55,424 nucleotides of DNA from Bacteroidota bacterium. Its GTDB lineage: Bacteria; Bacteroidota; Ignavibacteria; UBA10030; SZUA-254. A program made the translations under genes and the position numbers. The notes under the pieces are model-generated. The model saw nothing but the letters and a program-made list of their open reading frames with translations, had not been told where the DNA came from and did not search any database. Numbering within the stretch: position 1 is the stretch's first letter; the number at the start of each line of letters is the position of its first letter. The stretch covers positions 1-55,424 of the forward strand of contig JASEHD010000001.1 of NCBI GenBank assembly GCA_030019075.1, in the 5' to 3' direction. Below are positions 30,199 through 39,864 of this stretch, in pieces.

Positions 30199-30616
30199 TA
30201 ACGATCTTATCATTTCGAAAATTAAAAGCATTCAGAAATGTCTTAAGCGGATTAAAGATGTAACCCGCTTTGACCCGAAAAGTTTAGAAGATATTGACGT
30301 GCAGGATATTTTTACTTTAAACCTCCAACGCGCAATACAATCGACTTTGGATTTGGCATCACATATCGTTGCATCGGAAGGATTTGGTATGCCGGATTCT
30401 CTTAAAGAAGATTTCATCATCCTCGAAAAAGCGAATATCATTTCTCGTGAGCTAACGAATAAAATGGTGAAGATGGTTGGCTTCAGAAACATTGCCGTTC
30501 ATGAGTACCAGGAACTTGACGTTGAAATGCTCAAATCTATTCTTCAATATCATATTACCGATTTGGAAGAGTTTTATACAGCCATCGTAAAACATTTTGC
30601 CGTAAATCATCCCTAA
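30191..30616 (+). CDS. HEPN (DUF86/HepT-like) RNase toxin
   Basis: GFRNIAVHEY (Rx4H). Confidence 0.9.
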   Translation: MVDNDLIISKIKSIQKCLKRIKDVTRFDPKSLEDIDVQDIFTLNLQRAIQSTLDLASHIVASEGFGMPDSLKEDFIILEKANIISRELTNKMVKMVGFRNIAVHEYQELDVEMLKSILQYHITDLEEFYTAIVKHFAVNHP

Positions 30617-30714
30617 GATGCTAAACGATTGCGTTCATAATAAAATCATCTCCAACTATTTATTATCAGATATGTTAATAACTGATATTACGCATGGGTA
30701 CCAAGATACACATT

Positions 30715-30866
30715 AATAGCCCCACGATTCCTGCCCGTCCGGCAGGCGGGTATCGTGGGGTTTAGTAGAATCCAAACAATAGCGGGGCTTCAGCCCACAA
30801 ATTATGAGGTTAAATCCCTCGCGGTTAAGTCTTTTGTATTTCCCCGAACTGAAGTTCAGAGATATT
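30715..30866. repeat. REPIN/MITE-like palindromic element with a 21-nt insert in its first loop
   Basis: aatagc-ccccacgat..atcgtgggg, gggcttcagccc, ccccgaactgaagttc..tatt; inverted ends. Confidence 0.7.
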
Positions 30867-31023
30867 GAGTGACAAAAGACTTCTATGAACATAACCAATC
30901 TTTGAATGAAACACAGTGTTTGCTCTCTGAACTCTGAGTCTCTGCGTTGAAAATAAAAAAAACGGGGTCGCGGAGTATCCTAATTGCACAAATAGATAAA
31001 ATCATGGTCTTATCTAAATCCAG

Positions 31024-31069
31024 ATATTAAAATTAATGCTTGAACTCCATCAAAAAAGTTAGTAAATTA
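31024..31069 (+). promoter_or_regulatory. 46-bp direct repeat copy 2 (promoter upstream of wzm)
   Basis: Matches 29735-29780. Confidence 0.8.
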
Positions 31070-31098
31070 TAGAGCCAATTTATAGTATTTTACGCTTT

Positions 31099-31156
31099 GT
31101 AGAACGAACTTCAGTTCGTTAAATATTTATCAAGAACGAAATAAATTTCGTTCTAC
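31099..31156. repeat. Inverted GTAG-REP pair (REPIN) in the wzm leader
   Basis: GTAG-aacgaact-tc-agttcgtt ... aacgaaat-aa-atttcgtt-CTAC. Confidence 0.8.
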
Positions 31157-31192
31157 ATTTTGGAATTGTAAAACTTAGATAGTCAAAACATA

Positions 31193-32020
31193 ATGACAGA
31201 CATACAAACCACGACTGCAAATATAACAGCCGATAACGCTCCTGCTGTTCGTAAGTTCACCAAATGGCGGCAATATTACAACATAGTGAAAGAGCTTGCC
31301 ATTGTAGATTTCCGTAAAAAATATCACGACTCGACACTCGGCTATTTCTGGTCGATGCTTAATCCGCTTCTCAGGTTCGGTGTCTACCATTTTGTATTTT
31401 CATATCTCTTCGTCAGTAAACTTCACAAGTTCACACTCTATTTACTGACAGGTGTATTCTTCTATAATTTTTTTTCGGATATAACTTCAAGTGCAATAAA
31501 TGCAGTTCGAAGCCGCTCAAGATTAACAAAAACAATCTATTTCCCAAGGTATCTTTTAGTATTTTCTTCTAGTTTAACTGCTGTCTTTTCATTTACTATT
31601 AATGTGGCACTAATCTGGGTAGTAGTAATGATTTTTGACCATGTATCTTTTTATCAGATATTTACTGTAGTTCCATTTGTTTTATTAATCCTTTTTGGTA
31701 CCGGTATTGGTTTGATTCTTTCTATCCTTTTTGTTCACTTCCGCGACATTACAGAGATTTGGGGAGTCCTGCTCACACTCGGTTTCTGGCTCACACCTAT
31801 CATGTATGATCCAAAGTATGTACCAGAACCACTGGCAAACGTTGCGCTGCTTAATCCCATAGGACGAATTCTCGTTCTACTTCGTGCTTATTTAGTCTAT
31901 GGCGATGTCCCTTCGCTGCCGTTTTTCCTCTCGACTTCATTGCTATGTATTGGTATTTTTATTTTTGGACTGTGGCTTTTCCAGCGGTACGAACATAGAA
32001 TACCGGAGTACGTTTCATGA
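31193..32020 (+). CDS. wzm: ABC-2 polysaccharide exporter permease
   Basis: DFRKKYHDSTLGYFWSMLNPL, FWLTPIMY, LNP. Confidence 0.9.
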   Translation: MTDIQTTTANITADNAPAVRKFTKWRQYYNIVKELAIVDFRKKYHDSTLGYFWSMLNPLLRFGVYHFVFSYLFVSKLHKFTLYLLTGVFFYNFFSDITSSAINAVRSRSRLTKTIYFPRYLLVFSSSLTAVFSFTINVALIWVVVMIFDHVSFYQIFTVVPFVLLILFGTGIGLILSILFVHFRDITEIWGVLLTLGFWLTPIMYDPKYVPEPLANVALLNPIGRILVLLRAYLVYGDVPSLPFFLSTSLLCIGIFIFGLWLFQRYEHRIPEYVS

Positions 32021-33636
32021 TTATTCTTGAAAATGTTTCTAAAGTCTTCCGGATCCCGCATGAACGTACTAAAACGTTGTACCACAAATTGCTTTCGTTT
32101 ACAAAGGCAGGTTATTCATACGAAGATTTATACGCATTGAAAAATATAAATATTCATGTTAAATCGGGCGAGTTCCTTGGTATAATCGGCAGAAATGGCT
32201 CGGGGAAGTCCACGCTACTCCGCATCATAGCCGGTGTGTATCGACCGACAGGTGGTAAGGTAATCGTCAACGAAGAAATTTCACCACTGTTGGAGCTTGG
32301 TTTGGGTTTCGATAACAGTTTTTCATGCCGAGATAATATTTATGTTTATGGTGCGCTGCTTGGTTATTCACGAAAACAAATGTCGGTGAAGGTTGATGAG
32401 ATATTGGCATTTGCAGAACTTGAACGATTTGCAGATGCAAAATTGGATACACTTTCTTCTGGTATGCGGGTGCGGCTTGCTTTTTCGATTGCAATCCAAT
32501 CTGTTGCACCAGTAATTTTAGTCGATGAAGTACTTGCAGTTGGCGATAAAGTGTTTGCCGAAAAATGCCGAAATGTTTTTAGAGCATTACAAAAAGAGGG
32601 CAGAACAATAGTATTTGTTTCTCATGATACAACTTCTATAAAGGAATTTTGCAATAGGGTAATAGTTATACACCAAGGGGAAATTGTTGGTGATGGTGAA
32701 CCAACGGAAATGGTAGAGTTTTACAACAAAAGAGTATTACCTGCTATAGACACAGTTGTACCTTACAATGCAAAGACAAGAAGTGCAGTATCCGTATTCG
32801 AGAAATCCTCCGATGGGGACTCACCTCCACAGTCGTTATCACAGGTTAAAGTTGAAGCAGTGATTGAAAAACCTGTTGTTAAAAAATCGAATGGATACAA
32901 TCTAAAGGAATTTTGGGAAAAACGACTTACTGATAATTTTAACTTGAGCGGTGTCGGTAATATCTCATTCGACGAGCGATACAACGAGTACCTTTACCAC
33001 CAGCGACTTACTGTTCTGAAGAAGGTTCTAAAAAAATACAAAATTATTCTTGAGGGAAAGAAAGTTTTAGATGTTGGATGCGGTATCGGATATTTTACGA
33101 AGTTCTATCTTGACCGGTCGGCAAAAGTAACGGGCTTAGACATCGCTCCGGTTGTCATCGATCGGTTGAAAAAATCTATCCCGAGTGCCGAATTCATTCG
33201 GGCGGATATTTCAAGCGCTGATGGACGTTTAAAGAAAATGTTCGATGTTATTCATTCCTTCAATACTATCATTCATATTACAGACGATGAGAAGTTCCAA
33301 ACAACATTGATGCATTTGTGTAAGATGTTGAAGATGGGTGGTTATTTATTTATCACAGATTATTTTGGGAAAACCGACTATGCACCTGCACCGCACGTTA
33401 AGTTCAGGAGCTTGGAACGTTACAAGATGATGAAAGAGCATGGAGTTGATATTCTTGAGGTATGTCCGATACACCGCTTCCTGAATAATAAACTAAAATC
33501 GTCTTCAATAAAAATTAAACCTGCAGTTATACCGATATTTCTACTTTTCGATAGCGTGCTCAACTTTATGAACATTCCGGGTGGTTTTGATTTGAAGTTG
33601 ATGATTGCTAAGAAAGTGGGAGGGAATAAAGAGTGA
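32017..33636 (+). CDS. wzt: Polysaccharide ABC ATPase fused to a C-terminal class I methyltransferase
   Basis: GRNGSGKST, LSSGM, VDEVLAVGD; C-terminal VLDVGCGIG. Confidence 0.88.
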   Translation: MIILENVSKVFRIPHERTKTLYHKLLSFTKAGYSYEDLYALKNINIHVKSGEFLGIIGRNGSGKSTLLRIIAGVYRPTGGKVIVNEEISPLLELGLGFDNSFSCRDNIYVYGALLGYSRKQMSVKVDEILAFAELERFADAKLDTLSSGMRVRLAFSIAIQSVAPVILVDEVLAVGDKVFAEKCRNVFRALQKEGRTIVFVSHDTTSIKEFCNRVIVIHQGEIVGDGEPTEMVEFYNKRVLPAIDTVVPYNAKTRSAVSVFEKSSDGDSPPQSLSQVKVEAVIEKPVVKKSNGYNLKEFWEKRLTDNFNLSGVGNISFDERYNEYLYHQRLTVLKKVLKKYKIILEGKKVLDVGCGIGYFTKFYLDRSAKVTGLDIAPVVIDRLKKSIPSAEFIRADISSADGRLKKMFDVIHSFNTIIHITDDEKFQTTLMHLCKMLKMGGYLFITDYFGKTDYAPAPHVKFRSLERYKMMKEHGVDILEVCPIHRFLNNKLKSSSIKIKPAVIPIFLLFDSVLNFMNIPGGFDLKLMIAKKVGGNKE

Positions 33637-33679
33637 GTTGTATTCTTCATACTTTCTATTCTGAGAATAAAAGGATTAT

Positions 33680-35593
33680 ATGAAAATTACATATATCGTT
33701 GGTGTTTTTCCGAAATTATCTGAGACTTTTGTTCTGAGCCAGATCGTTGCTCTTATTGAGAGAGGGCATGAGGTCGATATTATTTCACTTACGCGATCCG
33801 GTGAACAAAAAGTTCATGATGAGGTAGGGAAATATGATCTAATCACAAAAACAAACTTTATCACCAGGAATTCATCGTACCTTGGGTTCGTGCTATCAGA
33901 AAAGCTTATTTCCTCACTAATATTTACCGATATTATCCACTCACACTTTGCTGCTGAACCGACGAACACCGCGTTAAAACTTTCGCGCGTATTTAATATT
34001 CCCTACGTATTTACTGCTCATGCATACGACATATTCATTAATCCCGATGCAACAAATCTCCGCGAGCGTTGTAATTTAGCTACGAAAATCATTACTGTTT
34101 CCGATTACAATAAAAAGTATCTCCTTAAAATGCTCGGCGATGATCTTGTCGGGAAGATGGAGATCATCCGTTACGGAATTAAAACTGATCGGTTTAAGTA
34201 CATAGCGAGGCACACCAAAGATCGATTGAGAATATTGCTCATCGGCAGATTCGTCGAGAAGAAAGGAATTCCGTTCGCCATCGAAGGTTTTGCGGAGTTC
34301 GCGAAGGAACAAGATAATGCCGAATTGAGGATTATCGGCGACGGTGCCCTAAGGGATGAGATCGTGGATCTTATAGCAAAACACAATCTGACAGAAAAAG
34401 TTATTTTGTTAGGAGATCAGCCACAGACCGCTGTTATCAAAGAAATGAATAAAGCGGATATATATCTCTTGCCGTCGGTGACTGCAGCTAACGGTGATAG
34501 TGAAGGTGTTCCCGTTTCGCTTATGGAGGCAATGGCAACTGGCTTACCCGTTGTTTCTACGTATCATACCGGTATTCCCGAGCTTGTTACCGATGGAGAT
34601 TCGGGGTTCCTTGTTCCCGAAAAGGATGCACATGCGATTGCGGACCGGCTGAAGCGGCTGGCTAAGGATGCCAAGCTTCGCACAGATATGGGACGCCGCG
34701 GTAGAAAAATGATTGAAGATGTTTATAACCATCCCAGGGAAATCGATCAATTGGAGAAACTGTTCACAAACCTTCTTGCGAAGAAATCTCTCGTCTCATC
34801 TATTTCCTTGGAGCAGCGTGCTCATCTCCAGCGGCGTATCGCCGACACCGTTGCCCAAATCATCGGTCAGCGTGAAGAACAAACGAAGAAATTTGATGAA
34901 AAGCTCTGTCCTTTAGGCGATCTGCTCAAAACGTTAGGTGATGTGAATCAGAAGAATGCTCTCTTGCAGCAGAAGGAACTTGAGATTACTCGTTTGCAGA
35001 CTGAGATGACAGAGCGCGAGAAACAATTGCGTGAATTTTCTGAGCGGTTAAAACGGGTCGAGGGTGAGCAGAAGAACACAAGCGATGCACTCTCGCGTGA
35101 GAAAGCAGTTCTCGCAGAGCGGAACGAACAATTAAAAGAGAGGAACAGTACCATCGATAAACTACAACAAACCCTCATTGAACGCGAAGGTTCCTTGCAG
35201 CACCTCACGGAACGTTTATCGGCTTCCGAATCTGAAGTGAGTTGGCGGAAAGATGAAATTGTAAAGTTACAGTCTGTGGTAAAAGAACGCGATGATCTAA
35301 TCAAACAAAAGGATAGGTTGATTCAAGAACGGGAAGATGAGCTACGCTTGAAGAGCGAGTTGATTCGGCAAAGAGACGAACAAATCAGTGAGCGTGATAA
35401 TGCGATAATGGAAAAAGATGACCAGATTCATCAACGAGTTGAGAAGATTCATAATCTTAACACCAAAATTCAGAATAAGAACCAGGATATAAAAGTTCTC
35501 CAGACTTGGCTTGACAACATCACCCGAAGTATCCCCTATCGGATCTATGCGGCTACTCTTCGTCCTATACTGATGCGAAAGAAGAAATTATAG
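33680..35593 (+). CDS. GT4 (WcaL-like) glycosyltransferase with long C-terminal coiled coil
   Basis: FPKLSETF, GRFVEKKG, EGVPVSLMEAMATG; heptad-rich C-terminal third. Confidence 0.88.
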   Translation: MKITYIVGVFPKLSETFVLSQIVALIERGHEVDIISLTRSGEQKVHDEVGKYDLITKTNFITRNSSYLGFVLSEKLISSLIFTDIIHSHFAAEPTNTALKLSRVFNIPYVFTAHAYDIFINPDATNLRERCNLATKIITVSDYNKKYLLKMLGDDLVGKMEIIRYGIKTDRFKYIARHTKDRLRILLIGRFVEKKGIPFAIEGFAEFAKEQDNAELRIIGDGALRDEIVDLIAKHNLTEKVILLGDQPQTAVIKEMNKADIYLLPSVTAANGDSEGVPVSLMEAMATGLPVVSTYHTGIPELVTDGDSGFLVPEKDAHAIADRLKRLAKDAKLRTDMGRRGRKMIEDVYNHPREIDQLEKLFTNLLAKKSLVSSISLEQRAHLQRRIADTVAQIIGQREEQTKKFDEKLCPLGDLLKTLGDVNQKNALLQQKELEITRLQTEMTEREKQLREFSERLKRVEGEQKNTSDALSREKAVLAERNEQLKERNSTIDKLQQTLIEREGSLQHLTERLSASESEVSWRKDEIVKLQSVVKERDDLIKQKDRLIQEREDELRLKSELIRQRDEQISERDNAIMEKDDQIHQRVEKIHNLNTKIQNKNQDIKVLQTWLDNITRSIPYRIYAATLRPILMRKKKL

Positions 35594-35613
35594 GTTGTGA
35601 GTTGAGGTAAAGA

Positions 35614-36738
35614 ATGAAAATTTCGATACTAAGTTTCGATATGGGTCATAATTGCCTTGGGCGGGCATATCTTCTTGGGAAAGTCTTACAGCGACGCTAC
35701 GATGTCGAGATCCTCGGGACGCAATTCCCCTCGTTCGGTTCCACAATTTGGAAACCTTGCGATACCGGTGAGTTTAAATATTACACGGTCAAGGGTGGGA
35801 AATTCCCCGATTATTTTGGGTCGGTAAGGGACCTTCTTAAACATATTTCGGGCGATGTAATTTACGCATCTAAACTTCGCTTCTCAAGTTATGGGATTGG
35901 GTTTCTCAAGAAATTATTCTCATGGAAGCCGCTTGTTCTTGATATAGATGATCTCGAAACATCGTGGTATGTACCTGAAGAGTGGAAGAAAAGAAGAGCT
36001 TATTCATTTCGAGATCCAACAGGTTATCATCACACAAAATGGATTCAGAGGTTTAAATGGTTTGCAAATGAAATCACAACAGTTTCTACTCAGTTACAGG
36101 AACGATATGGTGGGATTATAATTCCCCATGGAAGGGACACTGATTATCTAGATCCTTCTAAACACGATGGTTATGATCTCCGCTGCAATTTAGGAATCGA
36201 GGAAAAGAAAATTATCATGTTCCTGGGTACTCCAAGACCTCATAAGGGTCTGGAGGATGTAATTCGTGCGCTCGCATTTATCAGAAGGTCAGATATACGT
36301 TTTATTATAGTTGGCAAGGATTCCGATCTAAGTTATGAACAGAAATTACGGGAGTTGGGAGGCGATAGAGTCATCCTCTTGGATCAGATACCCTTCACTG
36401 AGGTTCCACGATACCTGAGTATTGCTGATCTCGTTGTCATCCCCCAGAGGCGGCATGAACAATCGTCGGGGCAGATCCCGGCGAAAGTTTTTGATGCTAT
36501 GGCAATGGCGAAACCTATTATCGCAACAAACGTCTCCGATCTCCCGAATATTCTTGACGGATGCGGTATCGTTGTCGAGCCGGGAGACATCGAATCTCTT
36601 GCATATGAAATTGAGTGGGTGTTCTCTCATCCTAATGAAATACATGAACTTGGTGAAAAAGCACGTGCTAAGTGCATCGCTGAATATAGTTGGGATGTAA
36701 TGGAAGAGCGACTTAAAAATATCTTTGATCGATTATGA
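35614..36738 (+). CDS. GT4 glycosyltransferase
   Basis: FLGTPRPHKG, PAKVFDAMAMAKPII. Confidence 0.88.
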   Translation: MKISILSFDMGHNCLGRAYLLGKVLQRRYDVEILGTQFPSFGSTIWKPCDTGEFKYYTVKGGKFPDYFGSVRDLLKHISGDVIYASKLRFSSYGIGFLKKLFSWKPLVLDIDDLETSWYVPEEWKKRRAYSFRDPTGYHHTKWIQRFKWFANEITTVSTQLQERYGGIIIPHGRDTDYLDPSKHDGYDLRCNLGIEEKKIIMFLGTPRPHKGLEDVIRALAFIRRSDIRFIIVGKDSDLSYEQKLRELGGDRVILLDQIPFTEVPRYLSIADLVVIPQRRHEQSSGQIPAKVFDAMAMAKPIIATNVSDLPNILDGCGIVVEPGDIESLAYEIEWVFSHPNEIHELGEKARAKCIAEYSWDVMEERLKNIFDRL

Positions 36739-39700
36739 GTAACCGCAAGCACATATGTATTATCTCTCGAAGTCTTCCTTGGTACGACCGCGGTTCAGGA
36801 CACTTGCGATTCATTACTGCTATCGAGCTGATGCGAAAACACTTTGATGTTACTTTTGTTACGGAACGGTACTTCGAGGACGATGCCCATGCCGATTACC
36901 GATATGTTCAAGCTTTACAAAAACTTGGTGTCACCGTCTTGTTTAAAAATTTCAAACTCGAAAATGTTCTGCAAAACGATTTTGATGTAATAATATTCGA
37001 GTTTTTTGATACAGCTCTCCGCAACTTGGCATTCGTTAAGAAGATTCGTCCTGACCTTCCTGTGATTATTGATACTGTAGATGTTCATTTTGCACGTGAG
37101 CTTCAGATGGCAGAGGTGCTTAAGAGCGAAGATTTACTACGTAAAGCTTTGGAGACGAAAAGTAAGGAATTAAAGGTGTACGGGGATTCGGATGTTATTT
37201 GGACTGTGACGGATCATGATAGACAAATATTGCTGAAAGAGAATCCGCAGCTGTGTGTTAACGTTATACCAAATATCCATAAGCTAAAACCCATAAATAG
37301 AAACAATAACAACATAGAACGCAATACATTGCTGTTCATCGGGGGTTTCTGGCACCAACCTAACGAAGACGCTGTCTTATTTTTTCACGAGAAAATATTT
37401 CCCCATATAAGAAAGGAAATATCTGAGGCAAAACTTATCATTGTGGGTAATTCACCAACAGAAAAAGTGAAAGCACTAGCAAGCGAATCTGTGCAAGTTG
37501 TTGGTTGGGTTCCTGAAACGGAACCGTACTTGCAAAAAGCACACGTTTCAATAGTTCCCTTGCGTTATGGTGCGGGATTGAAAGGAAAAGTTGGTGAAGC
37601 GATGATGTCCGGTCTTCCAATAGTAACAACATCAGTTGGTATTCAGGGAATGGATGTTACTGATGGAGTGCATTTATTGGTTGCTGATGCACCAATTGAT
37701 TTTGCAAATAAAACAATCCAACTTCTCAAAGACGTTGAATTACAGAATGCATTATCGAAAAATGCTTATGACTATATTCGTACTCACTACACACCTGAAA
37801 TAGTAGAAGAAAAACTTCTTTTATCGATTGGGAAAGCAATAAACACACGCCAGCTCAGAGAAGAACAAATAAATGTCACAGAAAAAAGACAAGATCATGT
37901 ATTATCAATGGAGGACGGTTTACCATTTGTTTCGATTATCGTTCCAGTCTTCAATTCATCTTGCACTCTTGACCTATGTATACAAGCACTTTTAAATCAG
38001 AATTATCCGAAAAGTAATTATGAAATTATTATGGTAGATAATAACTCGACTGATGATTCTGTTGATATTATTAAAAAATACCCTGTTTCCCTTTATTTCG
38101 AAAAGAAAAAGCAAACATCATACGCAGCAAGGAACCAGGGCATTAAAAATTCAAAGGGAGAAATACTTTGTTTCACTGATTCTGATTGTATTACTGATAA
38201 TAACTGGATTGCAGAATTAGTAAAGTGTTTCTCCGAACCTAACATTGGAGGTATCGGTGGTCCTATCCTTGCCTATGAACCAACAACCCAAGTGGAAAAA
38301 TATATTGATGAGAATAGTTTAGTCACACATTCAAAAAAAACACATTTTCTTCCATTTGCCGCTACTGCAAATGCAGCTTACAGACGAATCATTTTTGAAG
38401 AGGCTGGTTTGTTTGAGGATAAATTTATAACGGGCAGTGATATGGAAATGTCTTGGAGGATGCAATCGAAAACACATTTCTCGATGGGTTTTACTGAAAA
38501 AGCGATCATTTTTCATAAACATAGAACAAATTTAAAAGATTTTACTTTCCAGAGAAGGCGAAATGGTCTAGCGAGCATCATACATGCCACTATGTTCGGT
38601 ATAAATAAAGAATATCCAAATGAGCGATATTCAAACAAATTCATTAAACAACGACTATCAACCGAGTTAAAGGGCTTTATTAAAAACTTTTTAAAAGTGA
38701 TTAGAATAATTATTTCGAAATGGAATCATAGTGAAGTAAATGAAAATATACTCATTCATCATATCGATAGATTAAGTTTTATCATGGGACAAATTGAAGG
38801 GATAATGAAGTATAGAATTCTTAAAATATTTTTCAGAATTCAACCTATTAAAGTAAATATAAGTCGTGTAGATGCTTTTAATGTTATGAAAGATTCAGTT
38901 AATTTAAATAAAATGAATTGGCAAACACGGGATATTGAAAATGATAAAACTAAGAACTTAGAATACAATAAAATGGTTGGAGAAGAAATAACAGAATATA
39001 AAAAAGTCCCAATCACAAAAGAATTGAAATTAGGTGGAATACATGATCAGGAAGCATGGCATTATTACTGGAGGCATGTAGATGCTAGGGTCAAAGAGCT
39101 GCTTGGGAATAAATATTGGTATCAGTTAGAGAGAAATGCTAATAGATTGAATTCCCCCAAGATCCTTAGTCTTGGTTGTGGGCACGGGGGATATGAAATT
39201 GCACTTGCAAAAAAATTACAATCGAATTATGAAATCATAGGGCTAGACTTAAATGAAGATATCTTAAAAAAGGCAGCAGAAATAGCTGATAAAAGTAAAT
39301 TAAATATAAAGTTTAATAAAGTAGATCTTAACTATATTAATCTCCCCAAAAATTATTTTGATATTGTTTATGCTCAAGCTTCTTTACATCATGTTATTAA
39401 TTTGGAACACTTATTTCATCAAGTATATGATGCGTTGAAAGACAAAGGTCAATTTTTCGTTGCCGATATAATCGGAAAAAATAGAGTGATATTGTGGGAT
39501 GAGAATTTGGAGTTTATTAATAAGATTATATTAGATATTCCAGAAAGTTATCGTAAAGATAAAGATGGTCGAATCGTTGAATTAATTAAGCTATATGCAA
39601 ATCCTGGTATGGAGGGTATACGTCAAGAGGAGATCCTCGGTCAACTATTGAAAATTTTTAGAAGTGAGTTTCTATATCTTCATAATGCATTTATTCGTTT

Positions 39701-39857
39701 TATCGCAACTCATCCAATTATAGGTGAAAATTTATCTGCTAATATTGAACAAAGTCAACAAATATTAAATCACCTAATAAGCGAAGATGATGATCAAATA
39801 GAAAAAGAGAAACTTCGCCCAACGGAAATGTTAGGAATTTTTAGAGTGAAAAAATAG
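36735..39857 (+). CDS. Multidomain GT4 + GT2 + SAM methyltransferase
   Basis: PLRYGAGLKGKVGEAM; SIIVPVFN..VDNNSTD..FTDSD; ILSLGCGHG..ASLHH. Confidence 0.88.
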   Translation: MSNRKHICIISRSLPWYDRGSGHLRFITAIELMRKHFDVTFVTERYFEDDAHADYRYVQALQKLGVTVLFKNFKLENVLQNDFDVIIFEFFDTALRNLAFVKKIRPDLPVIIDTVDVHFARELQMAEVLKSEDLLRKALETKSKELKVYGDSDVIWTVTDHDRQILLKENPQLCVNVIPNIHKLKPINRNNNNIERNTLLFIGGFWHQPNEDAVLFFHEKIFPHIRKEISEAKLIIVGNSPTEKVKALASESVQVVGWVPETEPYLQKAHVSIVPLRYGAGLKGKVGEAMMSGLPIVTTSVGIQGMDVTDGVHLLVADAPIDFANKTIQLLKDVELQNALSKNAYDYIRTHYTPEIVEEKLLLSIGKAINTRQLREEQINVTEKRQDHVLSMEDGLPFVSIIVPVFNSSCTLDLCIQALLNQNYPKSNYEIIMVDNNSTDDSVDIIKKYPVSLYFEKKKQTSYAARNQGIKNSKGEILCFTDSDCITDNNWIAELVKCFSEPNIGGIGGPILAYEPTTQVEKYIDENSLVTHSKKTHFLPFAATANAAYRRIIFEEAGLFEDKFITGSDMEMSWRMQSKTHFSMGFTEKAIIFHKHRTNLKDFTFQRRRNGLASIIHATMFGINKEYPNERYSNKFIKQRLSTELKGFIKNFLKVIRIIISKWNHSEVNENILIHHIDRLSFIMGQIEGIMKYRILKIFFRIQPIKVNISRVDAFNVMKDSVNLNKMNWQTRDIENDKTKNLEYNKMVGEEITEYKKVPITKELKLGGIHDQEAWHYYWRHVDARVKELLGNKYWYQLERNANRLNSPKILSLGCGHGGYEIALAKKLQSNYEIIGLDLNEDILKKAAEIADKSKLNIKFNKVDLNYINLPKNYFDIVYAQASLHHVINLEHLFHQVYDALKDKGQFFVADIIGKNRVILWDENLEFINKIILDIPESYRKDKDGRIVELIKLYANPGMEGIRQEEILGQLLKIFRSEFLYLHNAFIRFIATHPIIGENLSANIEQSQQILNHLISEDDDQIEKEKLRPTEMLGIFRVKK

Positions 39858-39864
39858 TAAAATA

